Assembly: GCA_964349125.1 (NCBI GenBank)
Contig: CAYGFH010000001.1
Location: 644,801-708,800 of the forward strand
Length of the DNA: 64,000 bases
Direction: 5' to 3'
From: an uncultured Gammaproteobacteria bacterium
GTDB taxonomy: Bacteria > Patescibacteriota > Microgenomatia > UBA10105 > UBA927
Below the pieces are notes generated by a model, which was given only the letters and a program-made list of their open reading frames with translations, was not told where the DNA came from and searched no databases. This document shows positions 26,903-35,596 of this stretch, piece after piece (position 1 is the first letter of the stretch; each line of letters starts with the position of its first letter). The position numbers and the translations under genes are program-made.

Positions 26903-27226
26903 ATGGAGCGAGTCTATGCAGCTGTAGAAATCGGAAGTGAGTTCCCTTCATTAACACGCATAACAAGTCTTGGAGGGCTCTTGTCCGTCATCGTGCCAAA
27001 CGCCTTCATGCTGGCAGGGGTCATAGCCTTCCTTTTGTTAGTATTCGCCGGATTTGGTATGATACAGGCTGCGGGATCAGGTGATACAAAGCAAATGGAG
27101 TCAGGTAAAAAAGCGATTACAGGAGCTGTCATCGGCCTTCTCGTCATAATTGGATCGTTCTGGATTATTCAAATACTAGAGACATTAACAGGCATGAAGG
27201 GTCAAATCCTTCCGCCCATGAGATAA
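26903..27226 (+). CDS. VirB2/TrbC-like T4SS pilin paralog 3
   Basis: Start taken at MERVYAAV. Two TM helices flanking the loop IQAAGSGDTKQMESGKKAITGAVIGLLVII. Confidence 0.5.
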   Translation: MERVYAAVEIGSEFPSLTRITSLGGLLSVIVPNAFMLAGVIAFLLLVFAGFGMIQAAGSGDTKQMESGKKAITGAVIGLLVIIGSFWIIQILETLTGMKGQILPPMR

Positions 27227-27233
27227 TACAACT

Positions 27234-27596
27234 ATGTGGAAAGTATACGCAGATGACATTGTGGGTTCCGTGACAAACCCGCTCCCGGCACAGTATAAAA
27301 ATATAATCGGCGGAGGCACAGGTGGGGGACTTATCCTGTTTATGAGTAACATCTTGAGACTGGTGTTCGTCGTTGCCGGAATATTTGCATTTTTTAATTT
27401 CATCGTTGCAGGATTTCAGTACATGAATGCTGGCGGTGATGCTAAGTCGGTTTCGGCAGCGTGGGACAGAATTTGGCAATCGCTGATGGGATTGGTTATT
27501 ATCATTGGCTCTTTTGCGATGGCCGCACTTATGGGACAGGTATTTTTTGGCAATCCGAATGCAATATTAAGCCCGACGATATACGGTCCAAACTAA
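27234..27596 (+). CDS. VirB2/TrbC-like T4SS pilin paralog 4
   Basis: 120 aa. Gly-rich N-terminus, then TM1, loop MNAGGDAKSVSAAWDRIWQSLMGLVIII and TM2. Confidence 0.5.
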   Translation: MWKVYADDIVGSVTNPLPAQYKNIIGGGTGGGLILFMSNILRLVFVVAGIFAFFNFIVAGFQYMNAGGDAKSVSAAWDRIWQSLMGLVIIIGSFAMAALMGQVFFGNPNAILSPTIYGPN

Positions 27597-27597
27597 T

Positions 27598-27975
27598 ATG
27601 ACAAAAGTTCTTGCAGCATCACAACCACTCGGCACAATCGGAGGTGGAAGTTCAGGCGAACTCGGACCTTTTGCAGGGAAAAGTCTTAATAATCCACTTG
27701 ACGCCATAACTGGATACGTTAGTTCCATCGTGGGGATGCTTACGATTTTTGCGAGCATTTGGTTTTTATTTATGTTATTGTTCGCAGGGTATGAGTGGAT
27801 TAGTGCGGGCGGTGATGCCAAAAAAATCGCTTCTGCACGTGATCGCATCACACATGCGTTTGTGGGACTTGTCATTGTCATCGGATCTTGGAGTTTACTC
27901 GCCGTCACAGGACAGTTTTTTGGCTATGATACTTTATTGGGTTCAGGCGCAAATGAATATTTTAAATTAAAATAA
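27598..27975 (+). CDS. VirB2/TrbC-like T4SS pilin paralog 5
   Basis: 125 aa. Loop ISAGGDAKKIASARDRITHAFVGLVIVIG. Starts 2 nt after the previous stop. Confidence 0.5.
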   Translation: MTKVLAASQPLGTIGGGSSGELGPFAGKSLNNPLDAITGYVSSIVGMLTIFASIWFLFMLLFAGYEWISAGGDAKKIASARDRITHAFVGLVIVIGSWSLLAVTGQFFGYDTLLGSGANEYFKLK

Positions 27976-27979
27976 CACC

Positions 27980-28336
27980 ATGAATTCAAAAATCCTTGCA
28001 GCACTGAGCAATCCGGTATTACCCAACACCATCGGTGGTGGGGCAGGAGCAAATTATCAGCAGGGTGGGCGTGCGCTCGGGTCACTTATTAGCGGTCTTG
28101 TCGGAGCGCTGTTTATCGCAGGATTTCTTTTGGCATTCTTCTTCCTCATTACGGGCGGCATTACGTGGATCAGTGCAGGCGGAGATAAAGCAAAACTGGA
28201 AGCTGCACGGGATAGAATCACAAACTCTATCATAGGTATTATCATTGTGGGAGCATCATTTGCATTGACGGCTCTTGTTGCTGGATTCTTCGGATTTGAA
28301 CTGAATACCCTCCCAATACCCACGGTCGGACGGTAA
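27980..28336 (+). CDS. VirB2/TrbC-like T4SS pilin paralog 6
   Basis: 118 aa. Loop ISAGGDKAKLEAARDRITNSIIGIIIVGA. Confidence 0.5.
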   Translation: MNSKILAALSNPVLPNTIGGGAGANYQQGGRALGSLISGLVGALFIAGFLLAFFFLITGGITWISAGGDKAKLEAARDRITNSIIGIIIVGASFALTALVAGFFGFELNTLPIPTVGR

Positions 28337-28353
28337 GTTTCTCAAAGAAGACA

Positions 28354-28400
28354 TTGACATTGCGCGTTATTTTGCGCAACAATGAAAAATAGGATATAAT
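28354..28400 (+). promoter_or_regulatory. internal promoter with near-palindromic operator-like element upstream of pilin paralog 7
   Basis: -35 TTGCGC (28372-28377), 17-nt spacer, -10 TATAAT (28395-28400), and an upstream TTGACA (28354-28359). ATTGCGCG-ttatttt-GCGCAACAAT is an imperfect inverted repeat overlapping the -35. AGGAGG sits 9 nt before the ATG at 28426. Confidence 0.45.
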
Positions 28401-28425
28401 CAATGTATATAAATAGGAGGAACGT

Positions 28426-28755
28426 ATGAAAGTATTTGCAGCAGATCCACAAATCACCATTGGCCAACCATCAAATATTAAAATTGGAGATATCGGCCAA
28501 CTCATTAGTGCTCTTGTGGGAACGCTCCTTATTATCGCAGCACTGCTCGCTTTCTTCTTTCTGATTCTCGGTGGTATTCAGTGGATAACTTCCGGTGGTG
28601 ATAAAGCAGGCATGGAAGCCGCCAGAAACAAAATTACTCATGCGATTGTCGGACTTATCATTGTTGGAGCCGCATGGGCGGTTATGCTCCTCATCCAGAA
28701 CTTTTTGGGAGTCACGATCATTGGCGGCGCGGTAAATTTCCCAAAGCCATATTAA
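28426..28755 (+). CDS. VirB2/TrbC-like T4SS pilin paralog 7
   Basis: 109 aa. Loop ITSGGDKAGMEAARNKITHAIVGLIIVGA. Strong SD. Confidence 0.5.
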   Translation: MKVFAADPQITIGQPSNIKIGDIGQLISALVGTLLIIAALLAFFFLILGGIQWITSGGDKAGMEAARNKITHAIVGLIIVGAAWAVMLLIQNFLGVTIIGGAVNFPKPY

Positions 28756-28875
28756 CAGTGATTCTGGAATCTTGAATAAAGAATCATGGGGTTAGGGCAA
28801 ACGTGTATTGTTCGGTTTTCCATAATTCGTTATTCCTGATTCATTATTAACGCCCTCTCGTGCTACAATATACGT

Positions 28876-29259
28876 ATGAATTTCAAGCGATTTTCTGCAA
28901 ATATCGCGGTTATTGCCACGTCACTGCACCTTGCTCCATACGTTGTTGCTGAAGAACTTAGCACCTACAAAGACACAGATGTCGCTACTCTTAGTTCTCT
29001 CGAGGGATTGTTTAGTAACGCCGTAAGAACCGTGGTCTCTCTCTCCGCGGTAGGACTGTTCCTTATGTTCATCGCGGGCGGGTTTTCATTTTTATTCTCA
29101 GGCGGAGACCAAAAGAAGCTAGAGCAGGCTCGTGGCACCCTTACGAATGCAATTATTGGGCTTGTCGTCATATCATGCGCTTATCTGATCCTTCGAATCA
29201 TTGGAACATTTACGGGCACCTTGGATACCATTACCACATTTAAGATTTTTCAGGAGTAA
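28876..29259 (+). CDS. VirB2/TrbC-like T4SS pilin paralog 8
   Basis: 127 aa. Signal peptide, then loop FSGGDQKKLEQARGTLTNAIIGLVVIS. The upstream TGCTACAAT is -10-like. Confidence 0.5.
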   Translation: MNFKRFSANIAVIATSLHLAPYVVAEELSTYKDTDVATLSSLEGLFSNAVRTVVSLSAVGLFLMFIAGGFSFLFSGGDQKKLEQARGTLTNAIIGLVVISCAYLILRIIGTFTGTLDTITTFKIFQE

Positions 29260-29261
29260 CT

Positions 29262-30785
29262 ATGATTGACGTTCTTACATATATACACAATAATAGGAAG
29301 AGCATGATTCGTCTACTTTCCTCAACTCTACTTTTTATACTTTTTTTTGCAACTCTCCCTTCGGCAAATGTCTATGCGCAAAATCCTGCACCTGCACCCG
29401 TGCAGACATCGTCGTGGAAACAGTCCACACCCTTTTCATTTGGCAGCGCACTTGAAGGGACAGCGATGAATGCCCAATCAGCATGGCACACAGGGACACA
29501 GTACGTCATGTATTCGCTGACCTGTCTTATCACTGGAGCAGATTGTTCATACAAATTAGAGGATTTGCCTGCGAATATGTGTGGAAGCGCGTTGGGACAT
29601 ATAGATAAATCCATCGCAGCAACATTTGTAAATAGGCCTGCAGACACTGGACTGTGGCTCGCTGATACAGGAAGAACATTAGGGTTCCTCCCAAGGGAGG
29701 CAGTAGCGCAGGGTATAGGATTTTCAGGAATGCAACCGTTATTGCCTATTTGGAAAGCATTTCGAAATATTTCGTATATGTTGATGGCCGTTGTCATGAT
29801 CGCACTGGGATTTATGATCATGTTTCGCAAAAAAATAGATCCAAAAACGGTTGTCACTGCACAAAACGCAATTCCTAGAGTGGTGATAGCACTGATACTT
29901 ATCACATTTTCGTACGCTATCGTCGGTGTGCTTATCGATTTTATGTACGTCATCATCTACTTCTTAATTGCGCTGTTTAAGTCAACAGGGCTACTGGATA
30001 ATCCATCGTACCCTGTGTGTTTGGCGTACAAGACGCCTGAATTGCTCTATGGTCAGGGCGGCATGATGGCAAACTTCATGAATATCCCGAAGGATCCCTA
30101 TAGATTAATATTCGGCGCTACAGATAATTTTCTTGCAAACTCAGGCACCCTTTCAGGTATTGGGCTGGTGTTGGCCCTACTGGGAACTGCGGCATCAGTG
30201 CCTCCTGTCGCGACCGGAATTGCCGCTGGTGCGTTTATTGGGCTTCCGATTTTGCATCTTATTATTTCTATAATCATTATCTTTTTGTTCCTGCGATTGG
30301 CATTCTTTTTTCTGGGAGCCTATATACAAATTGTCATTTCACTGTTATTGGCACCGTTGCAGCTATTGTTTGAAGCGGTTCCTGGGAGCACGGCATTTTC
30401 CTCATGGATTTCAAATCTGATAGCGAATCTGGCGGTATTCCCTGTTGGCGCTGCGATGTTTATGCTGTCAAACGTATTTACCCATTTTGCAAATGTTAAT
30501 TCTGGCACTATCTGGGCTCCTCCGTACGCTCCAATATCCGGTAACGCATCGCAACTGTCTGCCATTATTGCTTTAGGTGTGTTGTTTGCCATACCGCAGA
30601 CTGCCGGCGCCATAAAAGAGGCGCTAAAGGCAAAGCCGGTTATGGGTGGTGGCAGTGGCAGTGGCGGCGGATTGCAAAATGCAGCGACGATACTGTCAAT
30701 GGCGTACTATGCACAGTCATTCACTCCACAAGGATTGAAGGATAGGATTTTCGGTGGGGGTGGAGACAAAAAAGGTGGGCATTAA
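29262..30785 (+). CDS. TrbL/VirB6-like polytopic T4SS membrane protein
   Basis: 507 aa. Signal peptide, ~130-aa extracytoplasmic N-terminal domain, at least 6 TM helices and a Gly-rich C-terminal tail. Sits directly after the pilin array (3-nt gap). Confidence 0.45.
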   Translation: MIDVLTYIHNNRKSMIRLLSSTLLFILFFATLPSANVYAQNPAPAPVQTSSWKQSTPFSFGSALEGTAMNAQSAWHTGTQYVMYSLTCLITGADCSYKLEDLPANMCGSALGHIDKSIAATFVNRPADTGLWLADTGRTLGFLPREAVAQGIGFSGMQPLLPIWKAFRNISYMLMAVVMIALGFMIMFRKKIDPKTVVTAQNAIPRVVIALILITFSYAIVGVLIDFMYVIIYFLIALFKSTGLLDNPSYPVCLAYKTPELLYGQGGMMANFMNIPKDPYRLIFGATDNFLANSGTLSGIGLVLALLGTAASVPPVATGIAAGAFIGLPILHLIISIIIIFLFLRLAFFFLGAYIQIVISLLLAPLQLLFEAVPGSTAFSSWISNLIANLAVFPVGAAMFMLSNVFTHFANVNSGTIWAPPYAPISGNASQLSAIIALGVLFAIPQTAGAIKEALKAKPVMGGGSGSGGGLQNAATILSMAYYAQSFTPQGLKDRIFGGGGDKKGGH

Positions 30786-30896
30786 CGTGTCTTTAAATAC
30801 CCAACTCATCGCCTTTTTTGGCTACATGGATAATTAAAATCCAGAAAAAAGATACGAGATATTGAAGATTATCTCAGATAGTCGCACGTGTGCATA

Positions 30897-33800
30897 TTAA
30901 TGGTGGGCACCACCACCACCACCACCACTGCCTTTACTTCCACCGCCCCCCTCATCATATCCTTCTTTTGCGGTTTTAGCTCCTAACCCAATGGAAATGC
31001 CAAGCCCAGCAAGTCCGGCAAGATAGTATGTATAAATCCTCCAAGGCGCATCGGTGTGATGATGTTTTCCGTCTATTCCTACATATTCCCATATTAATCC
31101 CATTTCTTTTTCCATGTATGTATTCATTCCTGGAGCTGTGGTTCCGAAGGCTTCTTTTAAATCCTTTTGAAGTTGTTCCCACATCCCATGGCGCTCATTT
31201 ATGGTGGTTGCCAAGTCGCCATGATCTCCAACGTTGCCAGTAACTCGCCTAATCGGAGAGTTTTTTAACTGATTAAACACCGATCCGTAAATCAACCAAT
31301 CATCCGCTCTGTCCATTGCGGTAATATTCATCCACGATCCACCAACTACCGCCACGCCTCGTGCCGCAAACTGTCCTCCATATGTAAATAGAATATTTTT
31401 CTTCAAATCAGGGAGAGCTTTCTGGAAAGGTTCAAATGAACGAACACCAAGTAAATCGACAACCATTGTTGCGCTTGCTTGTGCAGATCCATTATCGCCA
31501 GCCACACGAGCAATGCCACATTTCTCAGACTTACCTGATTCTTCTCCTATGTATCCCGACACTCGCTCAACGACATCTGCATTGGAGTGTTTCTTATTTA
31601 CACTATATTGCGAACCAGGAGCCTCCAAGGGATTGTCAAGAAATTTTTCTCTCGACTCAAGATCTTGAACATCAATGTATGTATCAACCATATCGGACAT
31701 AGTTAACCGCTTGAGTTGCGGTTCTTGTGTAACAAAGTTAGATAATTCTTTTTTTAATTTAATAAACTTATCTTTATTCACCCCCATATTTTTACACACA
31801 GTTGTTAGCACCCCATCTTGAATTTCGGTTGGGCCATGATGCCAGTTTATAGGGCCACCGCCAGTTTTTTCAAAAGATAATAGCTCGTCAGTGATACGGT
31901 CGGTGATTTTCATATACTGTATGGCTAGATCTGGTCTGTCTGCGCTTATAGTAGCAGCTTCTTTAGTTTTGATGTGTGAGAAAACTCCTTCAAAATATCC
32001 ACCATTGACCATCGCTTTATATTTTTCTATTGTTTCATAGTGATTGTGCTCAATAAGATCTTGAAAGCTTCTAGTGGTCAGGTATTCTCCCTGTACATGA
32101 AGCACTCCAGGCTGACCATGTTCACCATGCATAAGCTTATGGGCTATATGCTCGCGCTGGTGCGCTGATTCAGCACCAATAAACTCACCACCTAAAATGC
32201 GCTTATAATCGCCAACACCGATCCCCCTTGTCCAGGCATCTGCGCCGTATATAAGATCGTACATATCGATTTTAGGTTTACATACCCACGACGCACCCTC
32301 ATATCCGTACCCACCTATCACAAGGTCAGCATACTTCATACCCTCTTTGAAATTTATTACCTCCTCCAATTGATGGCGTGTGAGCGCTTCTATGGTTTTT
32401 GGTGGGTTTTTTACAGGATATCCTTTTAAATCATGACCAAAATGGAATCCTAACATCTGCTCAATACGCTCTTTTCGCTTTCCGGGATCCATTTCATATA
32501 CATCAAGTGCATCTGCGGCGATTCTTAACTTATATGATGGATCTTGCATTGCTTGATCCACCATTATTTTGGTTGCCTCTGTCACGCCTGTTATTTCTGC
32601 ATATTGATGAGCCATTACACGCATGTGAAGTTTGCTTGCAGGATCCATAAGATCCCAACGCTCAATAAGATGTTCATACATTTGCCTCGCCTGTAGATAT
32701 TGTGACAATCCAGATTCTCCGCCATACTTAGGGCCTTGAAAATTTTGACCGTCACTGGCGCCAGGGCTTAAGGCTTTTGTACGCGTATAGACCTCGCGAA
32801 GTGTGACCGTGTTAAGCTTTTGCGCTTCCAATACTACCCCTTTTATGACATCACTACTAAACTCCATTGTCTCATTTTGAATACCGATTTTTCGACAAAG
32901 TCCAGAATAATCATATTTACCATCAAGGGATTCCTTTATTGATGAGCGATTTTGGAAATGATTAGTAAAGTGTTCTCCAAATTCTTTTTTGTTTGCTTCC
33001 AGAACGTACTGCAAATCAAACCGCATACTATCCATTTCCTTATCACCGATTCGCTGTTTATGTCCACGCTCAAAATTTCGTTTATAAATATCGCCCAAGT
33101 CGTCTAATATGTGGTTTGCAGTTCCATTGATAAATCCTCCGTCAGCCTTGATGTCATAAATACCTCTATCCCCTAAAGCACCTAACACACTCACTTGTGT
33201 TTTTTTAATATCCATTCCCATCTTCATAACACCATAGGAGTAATCGATGTTGTCTTTTGCTTGAATGATACGGCTAATTTCTCGTAGTCTTTTGACACGA
33301 TCTTTAAAGAATGGGTGCTCCTTCATTTTAACCAGATCAGTTCTATAAACAGGTGTTCCATCAGGATTCGTCAGCGGCTTTTTATCTGGACCGAGAAAAC
33401 GCTCTGTTGTCACCTCAATAGGAGTTTTTGTTGCATCGGCGATTTCCTTTCGCCATTCAGGGTTTTCCATAAGCTCTTGAATGTCAGATTCATATTTAGA
33501 GCTTGCGTAATACTCAACGACTTGCTGTAGTTGTCGTTGAATTTGTTGCGGAACCGCGCCTCGAGTGTCAAACCCGACAGCTTCATTGTATTTACGATAC
33601 AGTTGGTTGAACCCCCATTCAGGGTATAATACCGTCAATTTTCGCACATCTGAGGCTAGAAACATGGAACTGTACTGATCCATAATACTTTCTCCACGCT
33701 CGGGTCTATTACGATATATTTCTTCTTGAAGCCTACGTGACTCTGTCTCTGCAGCATCAGCCATTGATTCAATCACATTCTGAGGATTACCCACTTTATT

Positions 33801-34994
33801 CAGTTGATCTGCGGTAAAACCGCTATGTACATCTTGCAAGTCATCAAGAACTTTTCGCAGTCTTCTAGGGTCTCCTTTAAATCCTGGGGTTGAATCCATC
33901 ATGTATTGTACTTTTTTGAGATACTCGTCTAGGTCGCGGTTTCCGCTTTTTTTGGTGGCATCCCACACTTCTGCGCCACTTTTCCCTCCGCCACCAAAGC
34001 CTGACGCTTTCATCATCTCCGTTTTGATCGACGGATCTCCAAGAATGTCAGACACTTCAATTACAAACTTGGTTTGTATCACTTTTTGCTGTGACGTCCG
34101 CCCTGGTCCACCAATTTCTTTTGCATATTGCTTTAGCGCATCTTGTAGAGGGGTGTTTTCAAGTACTTTTTTTGCTAAAAAGGTAGCTGCGTCGTCTGGG
34201 ATATTCATTAGTCTGATTTTTGTTTCTATACCAACGTCGCCTCCCGCCATAACTATCAATATATCGTTAAGACTTTCTTTTATGTCTTCGTGCACATCCT
34301 CTATTGTGTCTTCTTCATTTTTCGCTTTCTTTTTTCCTTCTGGCTTCTGTCTATTTTCCATGACTTTTTCTTCGAGAACCGACGCCATGCGTGTGCGCAA
34401 CATATCTGATGCGTCATAAATTTTTGAAGGAATACTTGCATTGACACCTTTAAGATAGGCGACGCGTTCGTGTATTTGTTTTGCAGCCTTTGCTATCTCA
34501 ATTTGCTCGGATAAGACCATTTCAGAACGCAAAGAATGTACCAACTGAGCTTCTTTTGCAACCAAATACACTGGATCATTTCTAAATGAGGATTCAGCTA
34601 TATCTGCAGCAACAACAGCGACTATATCGGACTTTGGGACGCCATTATCCAATAAGAATTTTACGTTCCTTCCCGTCTCGGGCGTTGCAAGAGACAACTT
34701 GGCGGCCTCTACTTTAACCGAAGTTGCGTTAATTGATGGGGCTGCCTTATTATCTATAACCGCATTAACGACCTCTGTGTGCCACTGTGCGGTTCCTTCT
34801 TTAGCGGTAATTACTGCTTTCGCTAATGGTTTCACCGACTCTTTCATCTTTATGCCGCCAGGTTGAGTTTTTTCCTGTATTGCTACTCTTGGTTTTTCAG
34901 GGCGACGAAGTCTCATGCCCTTTGCCATCATTCCTGCTTCAGCAAAAATTTTTAATGTCTCCATTAGGCCTTGCGCTTGATCTTCTTCTTTCAT
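30897..34994 (-). CDS. giant protein (1365 aa) of unknown function with C-terminal membrane anchor and Gly-rich tail
   Basis: Uninterrupted 4.1-kb ORF. No signal peptide and no recognisable catalytic motif by eye. Single C-terminal TM (YYLAGLAGLGISIGLGA) followed by GGGGSKGSGGGGGGAHH. Confidence 0.5.
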   Translation of the reverse strand: MKEEDQAQGLMETLKIFAEAGMMAKGMRLRRPEKPRVAIQEKTQPGGIKMKESVKPLAKAVITAKEGTAQWHTEVVNAVIDNKAAPSINATSVKVEAAKLSLATPETGRNVKFLLDNGVPKSDIVAVVAADIAESSFRNDPVYLVAKEAQLVHSLRSEMVLSEQIEIAKAAKQIHERVAYLKGVNASIPSKIYDASDMLRTRMASVLEEKVMENRQKPEGKKKAKNEEDTIEDVHEDIKESLNDILIVMAGGDVGIETKIRLMNIPDDAATFLAKKVLENTPLQDALKQYAKEIGGPGRTSQQKVIQTKFVIEVSDILGDPSIKTEMMKASGFGGGGKSGAEVWDATKKSGNRDLDEYLKKVQYMMDSTPGFKGDPRRLRKVLDDLQDVHSGFTADQLNKVGNPQNVIESMADAAETESRRLQEEIYRNRPERGESIMDQYSSMFLASDVRKLTVLYPEWGFNQLYRKYNEAVGFDTRGAVPQQIQRQLQQVVEYYASSKYESDIQELMENPEWRKEIADATKTPIEVTTERFLGPDKKPLTNPDGTPVYRTDLVKMKEHPFFKDRVKRLREISRIIQAKDNIDYSYGVMKMGMDIKKTQVSVLGALGDRGIYDIKADGGFINGTANHILDDLGDIYKRNFERGHKQRIGDKEMDSMRFDLQYVLEANKKEFGEHFTNHFQNRSSIKESLDGKYDYSGLCRKIGIQNETMEFSSDVIKGVVLEAQKLNTVTLREVYTRTKALSPGASDGQNFQGPKYGGESGLSQYLQARQMYEHLIERWDLMDPASKLHMRVMAHQYAEITGVTEATKIMVDQAMQDPSYKLRIAADALDVYEMDPGKRKERIEQMLGFHFGHDLKGYPVKNPPKTIEALTRHQLEEVINFKEGMKYADLVIGGYGYEGASWVCKPKIDMYDLIYGADAWTRGIGVGDYKRILGGEFIGAESAHQREHIAHKLMHGEHGQPGVLHVQGEYLTTRSFQDLIEHNHYETIEKYKAMVNGGYFEGVFSHIKTKEAATISADRPDLAIQYMKITDRITDELLSFEKTGGGPINWHHGPTEIQDGVLTTVCKNMGVNKDKFIKLKKELSNFVTQEPQLKRLTMSDMVDTYIDVQDLESREKFLDNPLEAPGSQYSVNKKHSNADVVERVSGYIGEESGKSEKCGIARVAGDNGSAQASATMVVDLLGVRSFEPFQKALPDLKKNILFTYGGQFAARGVAVVGGSWMNITAMDRADDWLIYGSVFNQLKNSPIRRVTGNVGDHGDLATTINERHGMWEQLQKDLKEAFGTTAPGMNTYMEKEMGLIWEYVGIDGKHHHTDAPWRIYTYYLAGLAGLGISIGLGAKTAKEGYDEGGGGSKGSGGGGGGAHH

Positions 34995-35041
34995 AGATAT
35001 TTATATTGTATCGTGAGGCTATAGAGACTTCAAGCTACAGG

Positions 35042-35596
35042 TTACTGATACAAGCTGTGGGCTTGTATGTACAGCGATATGTGCTGGGGCACCAGTTGAC
35101 TAATGGGCAATCCTCTTTTCACCCTCTCCCGAATTTTTGTGGAAGAGATATTGCTCCCCACAAGCAATTCATCGGAGATAACATGCATGTTTGGATACAA
35201 TGGCTCATTTGGATATCCATACCGTGGAAATACCAGAAAAGGTAGCTCTTGTAATAGCTGCTGCCACTCCTGCCATAAATGCAGTGTTGGCAGTTGATCA
35301 GAGCCGATGATAAATGAGTAGGTGTGTTCTTTGGGCAAAAAAGGAAGGATGTGAACGGTTTCTCCGTCCAGTTGATTATCTATTTCGATAGTAGAGACCT
35401 GAGTTCTTGGAAGTTCTATAAGTCGGGTCATAGCAAGTCTATCTTCTACAGAAGCAACGGGTTTGGGAGGGCTTTGATGGAAGTTTGGCAAAAACCATAC
35501 TTCATCAGTCTCGGTAAAATCCAGCACCTGCTGGGCAATCATCAAGTGCCCGATGTGAGGGGGGTTAAATGCGCCACCGAGAAGTGCTATCTTCAT
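35042..35596 (-). CDS. nadD: nicotinate-nucleotide adenylyltransferase
   Basis: 184 aa. ALLGGAFNPPHIGHL (the H.GH nucleotidyltransferase motif) and a C-terminal ISST.IR motif. Confidence 0.8.
   Translation of the reverse strand: MKIALLGGAFNPPHIGHLMIAQQVLDFTETDEVWFLPNFHQSPPKPVASVEDRLAMTRLIELPRTQVSTIEIDNQLDGETVHILPFLPKEHTYSFIIGSDQLPTLHLWQEWQQLLQELPFLVFPRYGYPNEPLYPNMHVISDELLVGSNISSTKIRERVKRGLPISQLVPQHISLYIQAHSLYQ

Noticed and set aside
28760-28771. Perfect palindrome GATTCTGGAATC right after the pilin-7 stop as a terminator
   Set aside because: Only a 5-bp stem with a 2-nt loop and no following U-tract. Too weak to call.
26903-29259. Pilin paralogs as type IV (PilA-like) or Flp pilins
   Set aside because: They have no N-terminal prepilin leader or G/FTLIE-type class III signal and no Flp G-XXXXEY motif. 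The two-helix-with-polar-loop architecture fits VirB2/TrbC better.
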